A stretch of 64,000 nucleotides of DNA from Octopus sinensis (lineage: Eukaryota). The stretch covers positions 33,542,001 through 33,606,000 of the forward strand of contig NC_043005.1 of the NCBI RefSeq assembly GCF_006345805.1, read 5' to 3'. Below, piece by piece: positions 23,323 through 37,849 of this stretch (positions within the stretch are counted from its first letter, which is position 1; each line of letters begins with the position of its first letter). The notes under the pieces were generated by a model. It searched no databases. It had not been told where the DNA came from and saw only the letters and a list, made by a program, of their open reading frames with translations. The position numbers were made by a program, and so were the translations under genes.

Positions 23323-26300
23323 CCAATATATATTAGCAATAGTTTCTCACACTGGTAAAAGGCCAAGAGCTTGTACAGAAGGACAGAATCAATCCAATCA
23401 ATTCTAACAGATGGCTGCTACTTATTTTATTCCATGAAGATGAATGGTAAAGTTGACGTTCACAGGATTTTAATTTGGAACAAAGTAGCATGGAATTAAA
23501 GGTCAGAAATATCTTTGTCAAGTATTTTACTGTTCCTACCACCCCACCCTATAATGATATAACAACAACACCATGGTGTGACCAAAAATAGTTACAGGTT
23601 ATGAGAGGAGAAAATAAAACTCATAGGAATTTGATGAACACTTTCATTTTAGCAAAAATAACAAAATTGAACACCATAATAATAGTTTATTCACTTAGCA
23701 AAATTGCCCCTCTTCTCTATATTCTCTTGATCAATTTATCAACAGAATAAAACAGATACATCATTTACTGACAGTCATTAAGATATTTTTCACAAAATAT
23801 TAAAATACATTAATGAAGGAAAGAAAAAAAATTAATGGATTATTTTGGGAGAGGAAATAATCAAAAAATAAAATTGAGTTTTATAAGTGCCTGGCAAATA
23901 TCAAAGACCAAATGGGGTTGAGTGAAGAGAAACAAACGTAAATTCTTGACTGTAACTAGTTTAATGTGGGTTATGTAAAACCTCCAAGAAAGTCAAATAC
24001 CACATAATCTCATTTATTGTTCCCTTGTAATCTGAGATTCTTACTATACATAGAAGAAATCAATATTCAAAGTATCTAGTAGGTTTGAGAAACTAGCACT
24101 AGATATCGTTCTCTACTTAATCAGATACACTGACTGAAGAGTAACCCTGTAAATGTCGAAGCAAGCAAGTGAACAAGCTTGGTTTCTGTCAGATGCCCAA
24201 CACACACACACACACACACACATGAAACCTGGTCTCTGCCCAACTTCCAATATCACAGCTAAAGTTATTGATTATCAATTTCCTGTTTCCAATAATAGCC
24301 CAATAGATAGTTATTTCTGTCCAGAGTAATCACTCAGTAGTAATGCTGATGGTAGCAGTAAAGTAAATCTGCTGGTTGGCAGGGAGCCGATCACTGGAAC
24401 ATAATGAGTAATAAAACAGTTTAGCAGAAGTCACTAATAACCACAAGAAAAATTAATAAGCCAAGTAGCTTTAACTAATTTTCTACTGAACAAACTCAAA
24501 AAAGTTATTTATAGGATTTTTTTTCTTTTCAGATTATTAAAAAGAAATTAAGAATAACAGAACCATAAAATATTACAATAGGTACTTAACATATCATTCC
24601 TATTGTAATTTTCCATGCAAGTAGAGCTGACAGAAATTTGTTTAAACTTGCACTGTTTAGAAGGTCAGCAAGTCAATCAGAAACAAAGCAACATTGACAT
24701 GTTTTGCAAGAAAACACTACATTGGAGCAGCTTCTGATGCCTTCTCTAGGGCACAGGAGGGGTTGAACTCATTTTTATTTATCAAACCAATTTATTATTG
24801 TTATTGTTTAGCCCTATCACTGTACCACTATACATTTTTTGACAGTTTATCATCTAGAACTACATAACCAATACTATTATAAATTATTCCAAGCAAATTA
24901 CTAATCAAAATCTAGGCAAGTTAAAAATCTCAGAAAACAACATATAAGGGAGGTAACTCCACTAAGATGAGTGTTGATCATAAGTTTTGGGGGTTTTTAA
25001 AGTCAACTGATGAAAATAATTAACAGGTTTTAGTTTTATTAAACAAACATTCTACTTAGCAAAACTAAGACTGATCAGTGGGCGGGGGGGGGGGGGTGAA
25101 CAGCGTTTATAAGTGAAACAAAGTCCAGCTGACTTGATCTTCACATCTGACTTTGTTCTAAGTATTGAGAGTCATCCCATTAGTAAATTTCCATTGTTTT
25201 AGTAAAGACAAAATTTCTAGTAAGCAAGAAATACTAATACTTTCAGGAAAAGGGTACTGTTTGATATGTAGAAAAATTGTAGGTAAATATTCCATATGGT
25301 ATACTCAGTGCAAATTATGGACAAATACAAGGTACAGTTGAATCACAAGAGGTTAACAGAGGAAGTAGACTTTGTGGTAGATGTGCAGGAGCAATAAGCA
25401 CTAAGAGCATATGTGTTCCTCTCCTTCTAGCAAGCTTTAACATCTCTATATCTGGCACAAAACCACCTCCCTAAATACTGCATCCACAGTGAACTCAACT
25501 TGTGAATTACACAGTGATTTCACTAGTGCCGGTGTCATTAAAAAAATTTTTTTTAAACCAGTACACTGTAAAGTGGATGACATTAGAAAGACATCTAGCA
25601 GAAATTAGGGCTCAATGCAGGCCAGTGGCCCATCAGACTATAAAACCATGTGACCCATGCCAGCACAGAAAATGGGCATTAAATAATGATTGTGTGTGTG
25701 TGTGTGTGCATGCATGCGTGTGTATGTATGCATGCATGTGTAAAGGAATGAGGCAACTGATCATGAATACCAACAATATGGCTGAGGTGAAATACTTGAG
25801 GAGCAACAAAAACAGAAATATGGTACTATTTCACATATGCAGTCAAATAAGCTGAAAAACTTTAACCAAGTGATTTTATCATTAGTGTATTGATTAGCAA
25901 TGATTCTATTTGCTTCATCAGAACATCTTAAGATGGCTGGGACAGGGTGCTGGAATATTTTATTACCAACACAATTTCTTCCATCAAGCCTGGTACTTTC
26001 CCATTTCACACCTTTCTGAGATCCATTAGCAGAAATATGAGAAAATCTAACAGGAAAATAAAGTTGAAGGCTGATTGGTGAAGTGAGTCATCACAGTGCA
26101 ATGGCATTAATTTGGCAAACAACAATTAAAAAACTGGTTGGATTCTTGCTTGAAATCAATGAAGAGAGCTCAACCGAACATAATGACATCACAGGATAAT
26201 GACTTACATTTCTAAGGTTATGTAACTCTATGTTGCATGCAGACATACAGACAAATTAGAAGAGAATTACTGTGAAAATGAGAAGTAAGAATGAATGTAG

Positions 26301-26778
26301 TTGCTATAGCAGTGGATGTGAGGATGTAATGGTCGCTAGGAGAAAGATTTATTTCTCTTTTCTTTTCTATCAAATTGTATTTTCTTCAACTTCTATTTTC
26401 AAAAATGAAAGAAGTATGGTGTTGTCTAACTGATGAAAGAGAGAATAATAAAGACTGCAGTAATTAGAGTGTAACAAGGATCATTAGCTGAATATACACC
26501 GCAGTGGTTAGTTTATAAGGAGAGATAATATATCTAATGACAATGGAAGATGTATGCTGGATGTAAAAGGGATGTGAATTAGAGAATAAAGAGTAGCTTC
26601 AGTTTAGTTTGACAAAGGGAAATATTGTAGATGTGATTGTTTGATCAGAAGAGACAAAAGGTGATCACAACACCAGGAAGAATGCAGTGTTGAAGGTATA
26701 CTGCTCTAAGTCATACCAGTATATAAAAACATACGTTCCAGATGGTAACAGAGTATAGAATACATACATATATATATA

Positions 26779-27890
26779 AGGTTGTCTGGAAAGTTCTGAG
26801 TGTTTTTAAGCTAAATTTTTTAACACTTCATTGAACACAGGTGAAGCATAATAACACAGTTAAAACCTTAGCGTTGCTTGAAGTAGTAGTGCATCTCTTC
26901 TTTGTTCCTGACTAAAAATAGATTTATCTTTCATTCAGGTTACCCTTTATTGACATTTGAAATGGATAACCAAAAATTTCATATTCGTGTTATGATGCTT
27001 TACTCTTTTTAAAAACAGGAGAAAATGCTGCAAAGACTTGCAAAAACATTTGTGAAGTTTATGGTGATGATGTGGTAGGTGAATCAACTGTTCGAAGGTG
27101 GTTTGCAAAATTTAAAGCTGGAGAGTTTAGCATGGAAGATGACAGACACAGTGGAAAACCTTCAAAATTTGATGGAAATGTTTTGAACTCAAATATCACA
27201 ATCAGAGAACTTGTGGAGGAGTTGGAAGTTTCTAAAAGTATGACTCATGAACACCTAGTAAAGCTAGGATACATTTCTCACTATAATATATGGGTCTCTC
27301 ACAAACTTTCAGAAAAGAATTGCTTGAAATGATATTCTGTCTGTGATGTGCTTTTGAAATGGAATGAAAGCATGCCTTTTTTGAAACAACTTCTGACTGG
27401 AGATAGAATTGTGTACAAAAATGTAGTAAGCAAAAGATCCTGGGGTTTGCATAAGGATCCCCCAAAACAGCAACCAAAGACGATTATCCATGCCAAAAAA
27501 GCTATGCTTTGTGTTTGGTGGGGTCATAAAGGCATCATTTACAATGAGCTTCACCCACAAAACCAGACCATTAATTCTGATGTGTGCTGTTGTCAGCTGG
27601 TTAATTTGAAGCAAAAAAAAATCAAAGAATTGAGACCAGAGATTGTCTACAGAAAACAAGACAATGCACGATCATGTGTCTTTGGCTACCCGAACAAAAG
27701 TACATGAACTTGGCTGGGACCTCTTACCCCATCCACGTTTAATGATGGAGTCAATATGCATCTAGATAACAATTTTTCTTCAAAACCAGTCAAATTTTAT
27801 GCTGATGGAATATTCAAATTGTCTGATAGATGGGCAAAGATCATTAATAATAATGGAAATTATTTCATTGAATAAAATTTATTGAAAGGT
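26779..27890 (+). mobile_element. Mariner transposon with a disrupted transposase (ATG 26962, stop 27875)
   Basis: ICEVYG....ESTVRRWFAKFK.G...D..HSGKP, WVSHKL (WVPHEL motif), LTGD, KAMLCVWW, QDNAR, FYADGI.KL.DRW.K.INNNGNY; left end follows a (TA)n tract; right TIR not seen. Confidence 0.92.
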
Positions 27891-27929
27891 CAATTATTTA
27901 TATCCCTTTTAGCAATTTATTTTATATGT

Positions 27930-28133
27930 TTAACTCTTTTGTTGTCATAGTTTCTACTGAAATACACTACCTTTGTCAGAATTAATTTTGAAAATAATGG
28001 AAAACGTAATAAAATAACTGTTATCAAGCTGGTCTTTGGAATATAAGTTAGCATGAAATTTTGCCAGAAGTTTTTAATTTAAATCATTTTAAAACAGGGG
28101 TGGTCTCGGGTGGTTTGGTATCAAAAGGGTTAA
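27930..28133 (+). mobile_element. TTAA-type MITE family B
   Basis: TTAA|CTCTTTTG...CAAAAGGG|TTAA. Confidence 0.8.
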
Positions 28134-28338
28134 TGATGAGACTTCTCAGGAAGTACATCTAGTTAAAAGATAGATTTCCAATGGAAGATATTTATTTTGT
28201 TGGAAACAAATAGTTCAATTAATGTCGACAGCAATATATAAAATACATGAATAATGCCTATTATTGAGTGCTCCTATATTAATGAATCTTCTCTTCCAGT
28301 AAAGAGCATCAAAACAAACAAAGCTTGATGAAACAGAG

Positions 28339-28534
28339 TTAATCCTTTAGCGTTCAGATTACTTTGAATTAATTATATATTATCTTGTGTCTTTGATAAT
28401 TCGATTATGTGATTGTATATATTTTTAGAATAATATTGTAGAGTAAGTGTGAGAAGCTAGATCTGGCCAATTCAAACATAAAATGGGTAGAATATCTGGG
28501 CTGGATTTGGCTGGTTTAAATGCTAAAGGGTTAA
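28339..28534 (+). mobile_element. TTAA-type MITE family A
   Basis: TTAA|TCCTTTAGC...GCTAAAGGG|TTAA; interior matches 10571-10781. Confidence 0.85.
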
Positions 28535-29621
28535 ACAACACCAAGAAACCCAATCAGAGGTAGTGAACTGGAAGAAGTATTTTATCTTTTACTTGTTTCA
28601 GTTATCAAACTGCAACCATGCTTGGGCATAAATTGGTGACGATGATGATTTTTGAAGTTCACCAAGTCTTTTCCTTCCTTATTTAAAAAAAAAGTTTCAA
28701 TGTGTTTGGCATGAGAACTCAACAAAATTATCATATATTAGCACTTGACCTAATAGAAATAACAGCCAAATTTCCTTCAAATCATATTTTACCTATTTTA
28801 AAAAAGTAAAGGATACACTAGATAATTATAGTTCTAGATATTCCAGAAAACAGGGAAAAGATATTGGTTGAGATATCTTTGATCATGGGTCATCTGCTGG
28901 ACTAGGTTTAACAACACCTCTTATCTTTTTTGACTCAAGTCTCCAATCAGATTGTTCCACCCCAAAATGTGTTGATGGCACACTCCAAACCCACATTCTC
29001 TCAATTCTGATATGTCCTAGAGATTCAGCTGTACTTTCCACATCCACACCTTCCTCTCTATATGACCAACTTAATGTTACTTTCAGCAAACTCCATCTGT
29101 ACACAGATCTCAGCCTTCACACCCCAATAAACTACACAAACAATATCCATTTATCAAGAGCAAAGAACTTCAAATGTTTTCCAATCCAGAAAAAACAACC
29201 CAGTTACGCCAAACAACTCCAAAGCACAGCTGCCAACACCACATACCAAAAAGACAGACAGCTCTAGATACAAGATCAATCTTCACAAATGCAAAACCTC
29301 ACAGTCTTTGAGTCTACAGAGACCCTAACTACATCCTCATACAAATGGACTTGCTTACATATCTAACCAACACAAAGCAGCTGCTTCACACATAACTAAT
29401 CTAAACCACAAACATACACACACACACTCAAGAAAGTGCCACCTGATGGTCTAGGTCAACCATTACTCACTCACCTACTATTTATTAGTTCCTCTTTTAG
29501 TTTTATTACAACAGTTTCTGATTTTCTAGGTAAGCAAACTACCCTGTGCTCATAGCTACCCCACCCCATTCTTCTGTCTCTCTTCACTTTCAAAGTCCTG
29601 CATCAAAGATTTTGTCTAAAC

Positions 29622-29833
29622 CAGTGGTTCCAAACTTAGGTCCATATGACTCTTGGAAGTCCATACAAGATTTTGCTCTACAATACACAAACTATTACTT
29701 TTTTTTAATACAATTCCTTATAATATTTAATTCTAAAAATATGATGAAATTTTTTTAAACATTGAATGGCAATGAGAGTTCACCCAAGTAAAATAAGAAT
29801 CAAAGGGGTCTATGAGTAAAAACTGGTTGAGAA
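29622..29833. mobile_element. Decayed hAT (Charlie-like) MITE
   Basis: CAGTGGTTCCAAAC left end; ggggtc...aaaa..ggttgagaa right end with the terminal bases lost. Confidence 0.55.
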
Positions 29834-32134
29834 TGTAAACCATTATCCTTAAAATTACATCAGTGGAATGCCCTTCCTGACAAGATATCAGCTTTCAGAA
29901 ATTTAAACTGAATAACAACAGAATGAATACCACCCAGTCTGAGAGTGATTATAAAAGTCAAGGATTTCATTGCTCTTCCCCATACTAAAATGTATAAAAA
30001 CAGTAAACCTACAGGCAATTTAATTGTTTACAAAGTTTCTGTGACGACAATGGAGTGTCTGATCATGCTGAGATAGAGACATAAATTTTTTCATTTCAAT
30101 GTATTCAACAAATTACAAATCAGTACACAGAAACAGGTTATAGAAGTTCTTTAAAAGAAAGAGAATAGAACCGAAAGCAAGCAATATCAAAATCACTCCA
30201 GCAGTTATATAATTTATGGTTTATGTATAATATATATTTATTTAACGGGCCCTTCTTTGAGAACAAGGACAAGGTTTGAAGAGACGGAATTAGATTTTTA
30301 CAAAAATATACAAGGAAAAGTTGTACCACAATGAGTGCAATCAGGAGACAAGTTTATATCAGTTGTTGAATCATGTTTTAGCACCAGTAATTTTCTAAAA
30401 CTAACCACCAGAGAAAAAAAAAAAAAACAACAGACTTTGTCTTACCTGTCACATTAATTAATGTTTTATTGATTTGAATATTTTGTTATGTTGAAGTCAA
30501 ATGACTAATTTTCTACCTATTATGAAGTCTTCTCCAAAATTATTTTACTTTTGTTTTGATATAATGCAACATTCACCTAAGGCAGTGATGGTACTGTATT
30601 TATTCCAATATTGAGAGAAAAATCAATTAATTTCATATTCCTGCAATCTTCCTCAATTAATACCTACTCTTTTAGCCTGGGGTACTGAAGGATTTGCCTT
30701 CCTTTAACCTTACTGAACTTTGGAACATCAAGACTGCAAAAATAGCAATCATTCTGTGAGCTTTTAATTATCTTCATTTTCTAGAAATAGCAAGAAGTAC
30801 AACTTTTGTCATACCTCTTACTCATTCCTCAAGAATAGATCAACAACTTTCATACATGACATGAGAAACCCAACAGGATTTCAAAGTAGTCTATGGGCTA
30901 GCCAGAATTTGGTTATTTTCAAAAATTTCATAATACCAATTTGATTCCACAAGCAACAATATATCTGCTAACAGATGCTTGCATTCTTTTCTTCCCATAT
31001 TCTCAAAAAGTTCAGACTCACAACTTGAGAAAACCATTTGAAACAAGAAAACATCATTTAGATTATATTAGTGAAGGAGTTTATTTAATAAACACCTAAC
31101 AACACTATGTAAAACACACACACACATATAAATATATGTAATAACATTTATAATATATTATAAATAATTATATTCACTACAGTAGAAGTAATTTCATAAC
31201 AAAATAAAAAAATAAACACTGGAATGGTTGATGATAGAAAAAGGTAACAGAATTTTTAGGATCAGTGCCACCCCCATCCAAAAAATAAAACAAGCAGAAA
31301 CAAATTATGACATACAAATTCTTACAAAATTTGTGTAATCAACTGAGAGGGTGGTACTGAAGACACTATTTCATTTGAATATTAAGACAATATACAGAAG
31401 ATGTTACCTGTTCTGTGTTGCACTAACATATCTACACAAGATGAACATATTTTATGAAAATTTTTTTTGAAAATCCCTGCTGTAAAAAGTAGTAATTTCT
31501 GAGTCAATATTCACCAGAGTCCCTGTTGTATGACACTGAGACATAGTAACAAGTCCTAGTTTTATTCTATGACTAATCTAGAAAACTCAGAGGGAATATT
31601 GCAGTTTGTTGATGTTACAATAAATTTATTGAATTTCTGTTTTCCAGTGATGAGCAAACTTAAGCATTTTTGTACAGCAATGTATAAAAATAGGGATGGG
31701 GGAAGTAATATAATACAACAGAGGTGGGGGAGGTAATATGAAATATTAACTCAAATGCAATAAACATGTCAAATCATAAGTTTTTAAACACTGGGATGTA
31801 AAATTATTTAAAAATAAGCAATCTGAATGAGAATGAATGAATGTATGCATTGGGAGAAAAAATGTTAGTTATTGTGAAGGTGCCATTACCCTATTGCCTA
31901 AATTCACTTGCGTTACACTAGTAGCTATTTAAAGTATGGGTCATTTTTTTGCCATATTCTCTATGAATTTATTAATGTCTTTTTTTTTAATACCAAGTTA
32001 TATATAAATATGATTTAACATTAACCTGGAGGATTACTCTATACTTCCAGGAAATACATGCCTCCAAAAACTTCTCACAAGGAAAGGGCTGGCACTAACG
32101 AACTTTCACTAGACTAACTGATGTAAAAACTTGA

Positions 32135-32280
32135 GAGAGGGGGAGGGGATGGAGATGGGAGGGAAGGAGGGAGAGGGAGAGGGAGAGATGGAGGGTGGGA
32201 TGGAGAGGTGAGGTGGAGGGATGGGATAGAGAGGTGGGATGGAGGGGGAGAAAGTGAGTGAGTGAGAGAGAGAGAGAGAG
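32135..32280. repeat. Polypurine (GGA/GGGA/GA) low-complexity tract
   Basis: Many G3-G5 runs in an almost purine-only strand. Confidence 0.9.
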
Positions 32281-33331
32281 AAATTAGAACATTGTAGGTG
32301 GCTGAACTGTCCCCCTTCCGCATTATCACAATATAAAAGCAAATAGTTTTTTAAAAGAAAAAACAAAAAATGAAAACAGGCTATAAGTAAAAATATTAAC
32401 AATCTGAGTGAACTTGACAACATGGTAAAAACATAACTGACTCCAAACCTGTCAACAAGAGGAGAGATTAAAATTTGATTGACGTATATTTAATAGATAA
32501 AACAGGGAGACAGATTTAGATACAATACACTCAAGAAGAAACACAGAAAGACCTTTTGCAATGAAGAATGCATTGAGGCAGATTTTTAAAGGCCAGATGC
32601 TGTTCCTGTTGCTAACTGGCACCTGTTTCAAGTTAAAGAAATATTTCTCCTTGGCTGGACGGGAGATTGCAATGAACAACACTATTTGTAAGACAAGACT
32701 CATTTACAAGTACTGCATATTAAGACTAACAGACACAAACAAACAGGTACACGTACACACACACACACTACAGGCTTCTCTGAATCAGATTCACTCACAA
32801 AGCTTTAATCAGTCTAACTCTAAAATATAAGACATTTATTCAAGGTACCACAGTAGGGATGAACCCAAAACCATGTGATTAGGGAATACATTTTTTAACC
32901 ACAGACATATGAATTTCACATAGAAAGTTTATATATACCATTGTTTTGAATAGGTTCGAACACTAATAAAGATTTTGCGAAGATTTAGGTTACTTTTTTT
33001 AAAACCCCATGGCACAATTAGATCACCCCTGTATTGCAGTGAAATGTTTTGAGATCTACAGCTATCTTTATCAATGCTACACTTTTGGCTTGTCTTGAAG
33101 ATTTATCTTGGGCTTTATGCTGGTACAAGGCTCATCATAAACAGTTGCAGAAAAAAAAAAAAAAGGACATGGACAGGATTTGACATTGTAGGGAAGAAGG
33201 AATGGGTGTTGTGTTTATCACAGTGTTGAGACATAATGAAACTCTACAGAGTATGGTGAAGGTGACAGCAAATAGACTTGATGTGTAAGGGTAAGTATGT
33301 AGGGGTCAAAATCAAATGTTGCAACACACTA

Positions 33332-33336
<5 letters not shown>

Positions 33337-33393
<57 letters not shown>
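33337..33393. repeat. (GA)n microsatellite
   Basis: Pure GA tract. Confidence 0.98.
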
Positions 33394-33398
<5 letters not shown>

Positions 33399-35786
33399 CA
33401 TGAATACATGCTTCCCAAAAGTGAGAGACAGAGTTCATATATAGACAATTTTGCTAGGAAACCAGCCAAAATCTCCTTCAAACCATACCCCAACTGTCTT
33501 AAATGATAAAAAAAAAAGGACATATATGACAATGTAGTCTGTAATATACAAAGAAATTATATGGTCATGGTTGGCTTGTCTGATTATAAGAGTGTGCTAA
33601 CATGTTGACCTGGAGTGAAACAACCTCAGATTATAGAAAGAGCAAGTTGGGCAAAAAGCAAGATACCCTGATTGCAATTGTACAACTAAAATTGATGGCA
33701 GTTAACAGAGTTATTACAGATCGTTAGGCTAGTTTTTGTGATTGTTCTAAGGAATTACCAAAGGCTTGGTTTGTTACATTACTTAGTAACAATTGTTATG
33801 AAAATGACCTCTCCATTTGGAAGTCAATTACTGCAAATAAATTTAAACACACACACACATAGAAAATTCTCATTTCAAATAGCAACCAAGGAAATTCTGA
33901 ACTAAAAGAGTCAAAAGTAACTTGTATGAAGTGAAAGTGGAAATGGAGAGAGACAGAAAAAAGCAAACACATTGAACAAAGACAGTTTATCTCAAAAGAT
34001 GAAATTTTGTATGTTCAAGGTCAATGTGAAACTGCCCAGTAGAGAAAGTCGAAAGATTCTTATGTTACCCAAAGGAACAAAAGCCAGCAAGAGCAAACTA
34101 TTCTGAGTTTAGTAGGAAACAGCATATGTAGCTAATTTACACAGTAGCTATGTAGAAAAGGTATGTATATAGACATAGTATGTACATAAATAAGGCAGTA
34201 TATAGACATGTCTAATAGAATGAAATTATGTTTGAACATTAACTAATCAAGGTAGAAAACTTCACACCATGTGTAGCTCCCATAAAACTTGTCATAATTG
34301 AATCCAAACATACAATGGTTGTAGCCATGAGTTGAAATGAAGTTAAGTGTTGAGCTCTGTTGTTTTAATAGAAAATTTGATAGCAACTCCTTTAGATCAA
34401 CTGACTGATTAATAATAATGAAGAAACCTAAACAATATAATTACAAACCTTAACAGTATGCAAATGTTTAAATTTATAGCAAAATATTTTAAAAAGTGGA
34501 AAAATATTCATAGAAAAAAAGAATAACCAGTAAATATTTTCCAGTAGCAGGACTTGTGTTTGTGAAGTCCATAAAATGTGTACCAATAAATAAATTGGAG
34601 TCAATTCAATTATCAATACCTTCTTCCTTGTGTGAAATCAAACTCAGTCAATAGTTACCAATAACAACTTGAGAATGTTAACAGAAATAAACTTTTAACT
34701 TTACAAAGCTATAATGGCAGTGAAGTGGGAGATGTAATTTTGTGAAAGACAATCTCCAGAAATAATGTAAAACACCAAAATAATAAACACGTCAGTCTCA
34801 GTTAATTTTACCACAACAAATTCTCTTTCTGACTTGTGAGAAAAATACACAAGCAAGAAGGCTGAATTAATAATACTAAACTATTTCACTTAATATCAAT
34901 ATGAAACTAAACATAATATATGAACAGCATTAACAGGGTGGTGGTGGTGGTGGGGTGGGGGATAAAGATCGTCTGGTTTACAGAAAGAGAGAGTGGGAGT
35001 TACATTCAGTGAAATGAAAAAGTCAATAAGAAATGAAGAAAACAGCTGTGACAACAGACACCAACTTTTGAATCCATTCATAATACACAAGTGTACAGTA
35101 AGTTATTCTTATCTTGCGCTTTCACAATACATTTTTCGGTGAGGTGTTAGCAAGATCTTTGAGACTGTCAGCGCAGTTAATAAACAAGATTTTAAATGGT
35201 TTTTAGAATGTTTTCAACAAGGAGTGCCTGTTAACCTAAGTACAGTAAACAAAGACAGCATGGCCCAACATGTAATACAAATTTTAACCATATGGGAAGG
35301 AAAAACATTTGCAGACACTTCAAATCAGACACACAGTATACCACATATACATACACAGCGTACAAAATAAGAACATTTAAGCAAGCAAGAGCTGGTGGAT
35401 TTTATTACAAATGTATAATTTATTTTGAAAAATTGAAAGTTATAAAAATTTTCTAGAGAAATATAAAACCTCAAGAAATCCAGACAATGAGATGTTTCAG
35501 TAAGATTTCTTTTAACTCATAGAAAACAAATATGTACTCATATCATATATCATATCGCATTCCTCCTGTATCTAAGGAAGTGCACCTGATAGAAAAACAA
35601 GGAAAAGAAAAACCACTGAAACAGACTTACTTAAGCAATAAGCCTTGCGGTGTATGTCAAAGCTATGATGCTATTAATGGTAGTTGATAGAGTGTAAGGT
35701 TTCTTATTCTTCACTTGTACAACAGACACTGGCAGTAGATAGTTATTTACAAGCCATTTAATATAATCACACATAACATAGTGCTG

Positions 35787-35792
35787 CTACTG

Positions 35793-35856
<64 letters not shown>

Positions 35857-35868
35857 TACTACTACTAC
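35787..35868. repeat. (TAC)n microsatellite
   Basis: Trinucleotide tract; it explains the poly-Ser ORF 35747-35935. Confidence 0.97.
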
Positions 35869-36864
35869 TGGCAGAAGCAACAAGAGAAACAGTAACCTCA
35901 GATATAAACAGAAAAAAAGTAAAGGAAAAAAACATTATTGATATTTACAGTTATTGAAAACTGAAATACTAATCACTCCTCAAGGGAACAAACATTTTTG
36001 AAAATAATTTTTAATTTATTTTAATTTTTCATTTATTTGATTCATTTATTTTCAGTTAAAAAATTTTTTTTGAAACTAAGCTCTGGTGTGTATGTTGCCC
36101 ATCAGATATAGCTGAACAATAAGCTTTTAAATCTATACATATAAATTTGACATGGGCGATTCTTTCTTGTCTTGGCATTCACAGTCAAATGGCTGGGTGG
36201 AATTGCGCGAAAAATTACACAGATGTGTAGAATGATCCGGTGGTGATGCTGGGCTTTGTATTTTTTAATAGTTCCATGGTTACCAAGATAATCTACTATA
36301 ATAATACTCTTGTGTTTATGAATGAGAAGAGAAGGGGTGATAGATGAATAAGGAAGAAAGGGCTGATGTCATACTTGGTAGTGGGATGATGAAAATTGTA
36401 CGCTGAAAAAGTAAATCAAACAGCGTTTCAACTGTGTGAATATATGTGTGTGTATGTAAAAGGTGGGGTATGTGAGTGTGTGTATGTGTGTTTGTGTGTG
36501 TGTGTATGCGAGTGCAATGGAAGTGGGATGGTTCATCTTTGCTTAGTATTTGGGTTTATTTTTTGATTTGGTTGAATCTTAGTTGTTTTTTTTTTTGTGT
36601 TGGTCAGTTACTTTTAGCATTTTGACAGAAAAAAGTCAATCTAAAATTGTTTTAAACGTAAATGTGACCAAACAACTCAAATGCTTACACAGAGCAGGTT
36701 TTACAGCCACATCATCCAAACCGACCGGGTGAAACCAGGCTTAGCTCCTAGTTTATATATAAACTTGCAAGGTCATGCACCTAAAGACAATATCTATAAT
36801 ACCAAAAGGTTTTCCCCCCAAATACAAGATACCTTTGATACTATTTTATGTAGTAGTAGTAGTC

Positions 36865-37020
36865 GTCCTTTCTACTATAGGTACAAGGCCTGAAATTTGA
36901 CAGAGCAGGGTTAGTTGATTACACTAACCCCAATGCACAACTGGTACTAATTTCATCAACCCTGAAAGGATGAAAGGCAAAGTTGACTTCAGTGGAATTT
37001 GAACTCAGAACAAAGCCAGA
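36865..37020 (-). mobile_element. SINE family S2 (partial)
   Basis: cctttctactataggtacaaggcc...gaaaggatgaaaggcaaagttgac...tttgaactcagaac. Confidence 0.8.
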
Positions 37021-37069
37021 AGAGATGTAGTGAAAATTATTAATTGGGAGTTATACAGAAAATACGGTC

Positions 37070-37578
37070 TTGAAAGAGCAAGCCAGTGGTATGAGTACAA
37101 ATCAGAAGGCATGGTAGAAAATGACCCCGCCAAAATTTTATGGTATTTTATGGTACAAAGTGACCATAAAACTGAACACTCCAAACCAAAGAGTATGGGT
37201 GATTAACAAAGTCAACAAACAGTATTTGATTCTAGATGTGGCTTATCCAGTTGTCAATAAGGTTGTGACAAAGAATTGAAGAGTGAGAGTCATGAACTAC
37301 TAGTATGGGAGATAAAACTTTTGTGGGCAAGGGAAAAGGTTGAGGCAGTCCCAGTTGTCAGGGCACTTGGTACTGTGAGCACCTGAACCGAAAACTTTTT
37401 TTTTTTTTTAAATCAGGGACAACATCAGAGTGGGGCACTCACAAAAATGAAGTGTATTTGGAACTGCTAGAATACTTGGAAAAGGGCTAGACAATTGAAG
37501 GTGCCACCTCAGTCCACTGATTGTAGACAATTGACATCTGTATTATACCACCAGTGACAAGTGGAATAATAATAATAA
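37070..37578 (+). mobile_element. Decayed R4/Dong-type LINE 3' fragment ending in (AAT)n
   Basis: WYEYKSEGMVEND.AKILW.F.VQ.DH..EH.KP, LILDVAYP, VPVV.(fs)ALG. Confidence 0.75.
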
Positions 37579-37581
37579 AAA

Positions 37582-37767
37582 TCCCTTCTATTGTAGGCAC
37601 AAGGCCAGTAGTTTTGTGGAAGGGAGTAAGTCGATTACATCAACCCCAGTACTCAACTGGTACCTATTTTATCAACCCCAATGGAATTTGGACTCAGAAT
37701 GTGAAGATGGACAAAATACCACTATGCATTTCACCCAATGTACTAACGATTCTTCCGGCTCACTGCC

Positions 37768-37769
<2 letters not shown>
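37582..37769 (-). mobile_element. SINE family S2 flanked on both sides by (AAT)n
   Basis: aataataataa-[tcccttctattgtaggcacaagg...ctcactgcctt]-aataataataat. Confidence 0.85.
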
Positions 37770-37802
<33 letters not shown>

Positions 37803-37849
37803 TCTCTAAGTATTCACTGGTAACAGGTCTTTCTAGCTGGTTCTCCATC

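Noticed and set aside
24128-24200. CTGAAGAG...TCGAAG hammerhead-like words
   Set aside because: No convincing stems I-III and no GAAA box.
28880-29560. A/C-skewed stretch resembling an old LINE 3' end
   Set aside because: No motif could be recovered with confidence.
30441-30740. Candidate UTR exon (ttttgcag acceptor, CAG|GTAAGA donor, minus strand)
   Set aside because: Splice-like motifs only; no ORF or other support.
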